Below, one piece after another: positions 46,145 to 51,774 of a stretch of 51,774 nucleotides of DNA. The first letter of the stretch is position 1, and each line of letters begins with the position of its first letter. The stretch is taken from assembly GCF_039654945.1 (NCBI RefSeq), contig NW_027361990.1, forward strand, positions 1,500,227 through 1,552,000. Direction: 5' to 3'. This stretch comes from Dendrobates tinctorius. Taxonomy: Eukaryota. Below the pieces are notes generated by a model that searched no databases, had not been told where the DNA came from, and was given only the letters and a program-made list of their open reading frames with translations. Position numbers and translations under genes: made by a program.

Positions 46145-47473
46145 CGGCCAGGAGGCAGAGACCACTATGGGACGGCAGCCGGAGGCAGGACACAGCCGCG
46201 TACAGACTGCATGGGGCCAGGAGGCAGAGACCACTATGGGACGGCAGCCGGAGGCAGGACACATCCGTGTACAGACTGCATGGGGCCAGGAGGCAGAGAC
46301 CACTATGGGACGGCAGCCGGAGGCAGGACACATCCGTGTACAGACTGCATGGGGCCAGAAGGCAGAGACCACTATGGGACGGCAGCCGGAGGCAGGACAC
46401 ATCCGTGTACAGACTGCATGGGGCCAGGAGGCAGAGACCACTATGGGACGGCAGCCGGAGGCAGGACACATCCGTGTACAGACTGCATGGGGCCAGGAGG
46501 CAGAGACCACTATGGGACGGCAGCCGGAGGCAGGACACATCCGTGTACAGACTGCATGGTGCCAGAAGGCAGAGACCACTATGGGACGGCAGCCGGAGGC
46601 AGGACACATCCGTGTACAGACTGCATGGGGCCAGAAGGCAGAGACCACTATGGGACGGCAGCCGGAGGCAGGACACATCCGTGTACAGACTGCATGGGGC
46701 CAGGAGGCAGAGACCACTATGGGACGGCAGCCGGAGGCAGGACACATCCGTGTACAGACTGAATGGGGCCAGAAGGCAGAAACCACTATGGGACGGCAGC
46801 CGGAGGCAGGACACATCCGTGTACAGACTGCATGGGGCCAGAAGGCAGAAACCACTATGGGACGGCAGCCGGAGGCAGGACACATCCGTGTACAGACTGC
46901 ATGGACCAGAAGGCAGAGACCACTATGGGACAGCAGCCGGAGGCAGGACACATCCGTGTACAGACTGCATGGGGCCAGAAGGCAGAGACCACTATGGGAC
47001 GGCAGCCGGAGGCAGGACACATCCGTGTACAGACTGCATGGGGCCAGAAGGCAGAGACCACTATGGGACGGCAGCCGGAGGCAGGACACATCCGTGTACA
47101 GACTGCATGGGGCCAGAAGGCAGAGACCACTATGGGATGGCAGCCGGAGGCAGGACACATCCGTGTACAGGCTGCATGGGGCCAGAAGGCAGAGACAACT
47201 ATGGGACGGCAGTCGGAGGCAGGACACATCCGTGTACAGACTGCATGGGGCCAGAAGGCAGAGACCACTATGGGACGGCAGCCGGAGGCAGGACACATCC
47301 GTGTACAGACTGCATGGGGCCAGAAGGCAGAGACCACTATGGGACGGCAGCCGGAGGCAGGACACATCCATGTACAGACTGCATGGTGCCAGAAGGGAGA
47401 GGCCACTATGGGACGGCAGCCGGAGGCAGGACACATCCGTGTACAGACTGCATGGGGCCAGAAGGCAGAGGCC
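46145..47473. repeat. 69-bp minisatellite, about 19 copies
   Basis: Unit GGGGCCAGGAGGCAGAGACCACTATGGGACGGCAGCCGGAGGCAGGACACATCCGTGTACAGACTGCAT. Confidence 0.97.
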
Positions 47474-47829
47474 AGATTTTTATTTCATAATTTTTTTTTT
47501 TTAACTAAGGGGGCGACAAAAGGGGAGTTGATTTACTATTATTTATACTTTGATCACTGTTATAGGGTCTAGCATAGAGATCGAAAGGATCCAATAATCT
47601 GGTTACATCAGTGGTCGTGCCTCTGCCGTGGTCACATGACCGCAGCTCTGGTGACGCCCGGTGATGATGCCTGGCTGTGCGCGCACTGTCACTTGGTCAT
47701 ATGACCGCTGTCGTGTGAAGCGCAGTGACGGGGGTGAGCGCTGGGGGGACGTGCAGAATTGAGAAGATGGGATATAAGCGACGAGAGGGATGATGTCTCC
47801 CTGACAACGCAATGCTTGTACACTATTGG

Positions 47830-48646
47830 TCGACAGAGGACATGCCTTGTTCACGCCTCCTACCAAGCAGCCACATAAGGAAGCTCTCATGATGGGTAAC
47901 ACCAGTGAGCCGTCTCAAGACCTTCACAACCTTATTGCTGCAAAACATCCTGATGGCAATGTTACAGAGGAATTTCTAAACTACTGGAAGTTCCAGTGAT
48001 CGCTGCTGGGGTGATAATGCGGAAGTGGAAAGAACATCATTTCACCATAAACCGGCCACGACCAGATGCTCCAAACAAGATTTCATCATAAACCGGCCAT
48101 GGCCAGGTGCACCACACGAGATTTCACCATAAACCGGCCACGACCAGGTGCTCCCAGCAACATTTCACCATAAACCAGCCACGACCAGATGCTCACCACA
48201 AGATTTCATCATAAACCGACCATGACCAGGTGCTCCCCATGAGATTTCACTATAAACCTGCCACGACCTCGTGCCTCCCCGCAAGATTTCACCATAAACA
48301 GGCTACGACCAGGTGCCCCCAAGATTTCAGACAGAGGAGTGAAAATTATTATGAGTTGTCCAAGAGCCAAGGACACCTGTGGAGACCTACAGAAAGACCT
48401 GGAATCAGCAGGAACAAGAAAACCTCAAGTAATGCATGAAACCTTCATGGCCCGTAGTGTTCAGTACTTTACCCTGCGTCATCTCTCATTATTACACATA
48501 CTTTGTGGACATTATGGTGATTTCTGTCCCGTATGGCTTGGACAGGTTGTTACCGACATCTGGGGAGAATTTCATGACAATAGCATCTTTACCAATAGAT
48601 TTAGTGAGAACACTGGTGATGAGTTCAATCCTTATTACACCAGCTG
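47830..48646 (+). mobile_element. Decayed, internally deleted Tc1 element (boundaries approximate)
   Basis: MGNTSEPSQDLHNLIAAKH..., RKWKEHHFTINRPRP... and TCGDLQKDLESAGT transposase N-terminal remnants with frameshifts. Confidence 0.75.
48038..48330. repeat. About 41-bp tandem repeat (about 7 copies) inside the Tc1 remnant
   Basis: ATTTCACCATAAACCGGCCACGACCAGGTGCTCCCCGCAAG-like units. Confidence 0.88.
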
Positions 48647-48925
48647 CATGTATCTCCTCTGCCTGTGATGTCACACCCACTGTTCACCCTATATAATACA
48701 GACAGTGCCGTCATACCTGGGAACTTTCCCACATTTTAACCACAAACTTCACTGTTGTTTATCAGGATTTTCTGTGACATAACACACAGTAACAAGAATG
48801 CGTGACATGCAGAAGAAATTATACAAGGCTTTCTAAGTATTTTTCAAGTACAATTCTGAGAATTGTGCAGTGCATTTGTATTCAGCCCCCTTGAGTCAGT
48901 ACTTTCTAGGACGACCTCAGTCCCT

Positions 48926-50030
48926 GCTGCAGTCTTTTGGGGTCTGTCTCTCCACCTTTCTCTGCAGTCTTTTGGGGTCTGTCTCTCCCACCTTTCTCTG
49001 CAGTATTTTGGGGTCTGTCTCTCCCACCTTTCTCTGCAGTCTTTTGGGGTCTGTCTCTCCCACCTTTCTCTGCAGTCTTTTGGGGTCTGTCTCTCCCACC
49101 TTTCTCTGCAGTCTTTTGGGGTCTGTCTCTCCCACCTTTCTCTGCAGTCTTTTGGGGTCTGTCTCTCCCACCTTTCTCTGCAGTCTTTTGGGGTCTGTCT
49201 CTCCACCTTTCTCTGTAGTCTTTTGGGGTCTGTCTCTCCACCTTTCTCTGTAGTCTTTTGGGGTCTGTCTCTCCACCTTTCTCTGTAGTCTTTTGGGGTC
49301 TGTCTCTCCACCTTTCTCTGTAGTCTTTTGGGTCTGTCTCTCCACCTTTCTCTGTAGTCTTTTGGGGTCTGTCTCTCCACCTTTCTCTGCAGTCTTTTGG
49401 GGTCTGTCTCTCCACCTTTCTCTGCAGTCTTTTGGGGGTCTGTCTCTCTCCACCTTTCTCTGTAGTCTTTTGGAGTCTGTCTCTCCACCTTTCTCTGTAG
49501 TCTTTTGGGTTCTTTCTCTACCACCTTTCTCTGTAGTCTTGTGGGTTCTTTCTCTACCACCTTTCTCTGCAGTCTTTTGGGGTCTGTCTCTCTCCACCTT
49601 TCTCTGTAGTCTTTTGGGTTCTTTCTCTACCACCTTTATCTGTAGTCTTTTGGGGTCTGTCTCTCTCCACCTTTCTCTGCAGTCTTTTGGGGTCTGTCTC
49701 TCCCACCTTTCTCTGTAGTCTTGTGGGGTCTGTCTCTCTCCACCTTTCTCTGCAGTCTTTTGGGGTCTGTCTCTCCCACCTTTCTCTGTAGTCTTGTGGG
49801 GTCTGTCTCTCCCACCTTTCTCTGTAGTCTTGTGGGGTCTGTCTCTCCACCTTTCTCTGCAGGCTTTTGGGGTCTGTCTCTCCACCTTTCTCTGCAGTCT
49901 TTTGGGTTCTGTCTCTCCCACCTTTCTCTGGAGTCTTTTGGGGCCTGTCTCTCTCCACCTTTCTCTGCAGTCTTTTGGGGTCTGTCTCTCCCACCTTTCT
50001 CTGCAGTCTTTTGGGGTCTGTCTCCCCATC
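48926..50030. repeat. 34-37-bp pyrimidine-rich minisatellite, about 30 copies
   Basis: Unit GCAGTCTTTTGGGGTCTGTCTCTCCCACCTTTCTCT. Confidence 0.96.
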
Positions 50031-50849
50031 TTTGCACATCTAGAGGTGAGATTTTGCCCCTTCTTCTTTGCACTCTGTGACATTGGATGGAGACGTCTGT
50101 GATCAGCAGTTCTCACGTCTTGTCACAGATTCTCTGGGATTTGGGTCTGGACGGTGACTGCGCCGATCACACACAGGAATATGTTCTGACCTAAACCCTC
50201 CATTGTAGCACTAGTAGGATGTTGAGGGTCATTGTCCTTCTGGAAGGTGAACCTACACCCCAGTCTCACATCTTTGGCAGCGTTGGCAGGTTTTCCTCCA
50301 GGATTTTCCTGTGTTTAGCTCTATCCACCTTCCCATCCCCTCTGACCAGCTTCCCTGCACCTGCTGAAGAGAAGTCTACCCACAGCAGGAGGCTGCCACC
50401 ATGTGTGACGGTGTGGATGGTGTTTTCAAGGTGACGTGCAGTATTAGTTTTCCACCACACATAGAATTATTTATCCCAAAAAGTTGTCCTTTGGTCTCAG
50501 CTGAGCAGAGCCCCTTCTTCCACATGCTCACTGTGCCCCCTACATGACACTTCTTACGACTTTCAATTCTTCTTGACACTCTTCCTTAGAGACCAGATTT
50601 GTGGTGTATATGACTAGTAGTTTTCCTGTGGACAGATTCTCCCCCCTGTGCTGCGTATCTCTGCAGCTCCTGAATAACCATGGGCCTTTTTGGCTGCTTC
50701 TCTAATTTGTGCTCTCCTTGCTTGGGTTGGCAGGTTAGGTGGACGTTCATGTCTTGGTAGGTTTGCAGTTATGCCATTTTCCTTCCATGTTTGGATGATG
50801 GATTGAACATTGCTCTGTGAGATGTTCAGAGCTTGGGCTGTTTTCTATA

Positions 50850-51656
50850 GAACACTAGAATGTTAGAGTTGGAGGGGACCTCAAGAGTCTTCGTGTCCAA
50901 CCCCCTGCTCAATGCAGGATTCACTAAATCATCCCAGACAGATGTCTGTCCAGCCTCTGTTTGAAAACTTCCATTGAAGGAGAACTCACCACCTCTCGTG
51001 GCAGCCTGTTCCACTCATTGATCAGCCTCACTGTCAAAAAGTTTTTTTCTAATATCTACTCTGTATCTTCTCTTTCAGTTTCATTCCATTGCTTTCATGT
51101 TTCCATGTACGCATGAGAATAATGATGATCCCTCTACACTGTGACAGCCCTTCAGATATTTGTACACAGCTATTAAGTTTCCTATTATCTTTCTTTTTTG
51201 CAGCTAAACATTCCCAGATCCTTTAACCGTTCCTCGTAGGACATACTTTGTAGTCTGCTCACCATCCTGGTCGCTCTTATCTGAACTTGCTCCAGTTTTT
51301 CAATGTCTTTTTAAAATGTGGTGCCCAGAACTGGACACAGTATCTAGATGATGCCTGATCAAGGTGGAATAGAGGGAGATAATGACTTCACATGATCTAG
51401 ACTGTATGCTTCTGTTAATACATCCTAGAACTGTTTGCCTTTTTTGCTGCTGCATCACACTGTTGACTCATGTGCAGTCTGTGATCTATTAGTATACCCA
51501 AGTCTTTTTCGCACATGCTGTTGATTAGTTCTATTCCTCCCATTCTGTAGATGTAATTTTCATTTTTCTTGCCAGATGTAGAATCTTGCATTTCTCCCTG
51601 TTGAATACCATTAGTCACTGCCCATTGTTCAAGCTTATCTACATCCTTCTGAATCC
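50850..51656 (-). mobile_element. 5'-truncated CR1 LINE
   Basis: YRMGGIELINSMCEKDLGILIDHRLHMSQQCDAAAKKAN (CR1 ORF2 C-terminal region) and a CR1-type 3' end GGGTTGGAC...GAGGTCCCCTCCAACTCTAACATTCTA. Confidence 0.9.
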
Positions 51657-51774
51657 TAACCTGACCCTGCTTTCCACAGCTTTATCCCTGACCTGTGTGG
51701 TGGGCAACTTGGTTTCATATTGCAATTTTATTCCAATACCCACAGTGTTAAGCGTACCCTAAAAACGCATTTGT

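Larger units (their letters stand above)
48703..51725 (-). mobile_element. Decayed Tc1 element interrupted by a minisatellite and a CR1 (boundaries approximate)
   Basis: Minus-strand remnants [53 protein letters not shown] and RCAKMG.ET.PKRL; Tc1-like sequence resumes at about 51657 after the CR1. Confidence 0.8.

Noticed and set aside
46017-47572. Long ORFs (up to 495 aa) in nearly all frames
   Set aside because: The 69-bp unit is a multiple of 3 and lacks stops; a frameshift mid-array swaps the peptides, so there is no evidence of coding constraint
48844-50116. ORFs of up to 399 aa
   Set aside because: Minisatellite translations within a dead Tc1

Overview
Vertebrate genomic DNA. An anuran (frog) is inferred from the Staf-type protein and the repeat families. 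The one host gene I can support is znf143 (Staf, 7 C2H2 fingers) on the minus strand: 14 coding exons from 29179 to 17090, all GT-AG, splicing to about 572 aa. No equivalent of human exon 14 is present, and the non-coding first exon was not found. Upstream of the first coding exon (30.5-51.7 kb) is a deeply nested transposon pile. It includes a full-length Gmr1-type Gypsy LTR retrotransposon (SCAN-like capsid, PR-IN-RT-RH order, tRNA-Ala PBS, GTTG TSD) inserted in a Tc1 end and itself split by an antisense L2 LINE carrying a 2A-like peptide. It also includes an older L2 that hosts a minisatellite, a solo LTR and a Tc1 with a MITE-in-MITE, plus further Tc1 and CR1 remnants. About a dozen minisatellite arrays are present. 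Several are visibly seeded from the sequence they sit in (L2 3'UTR, Tc1 coding sequence, and a znf143 splice donor). Most ORFs in the supplied track are repeat or antisense artefacts. All counts and alignments were done by eye.
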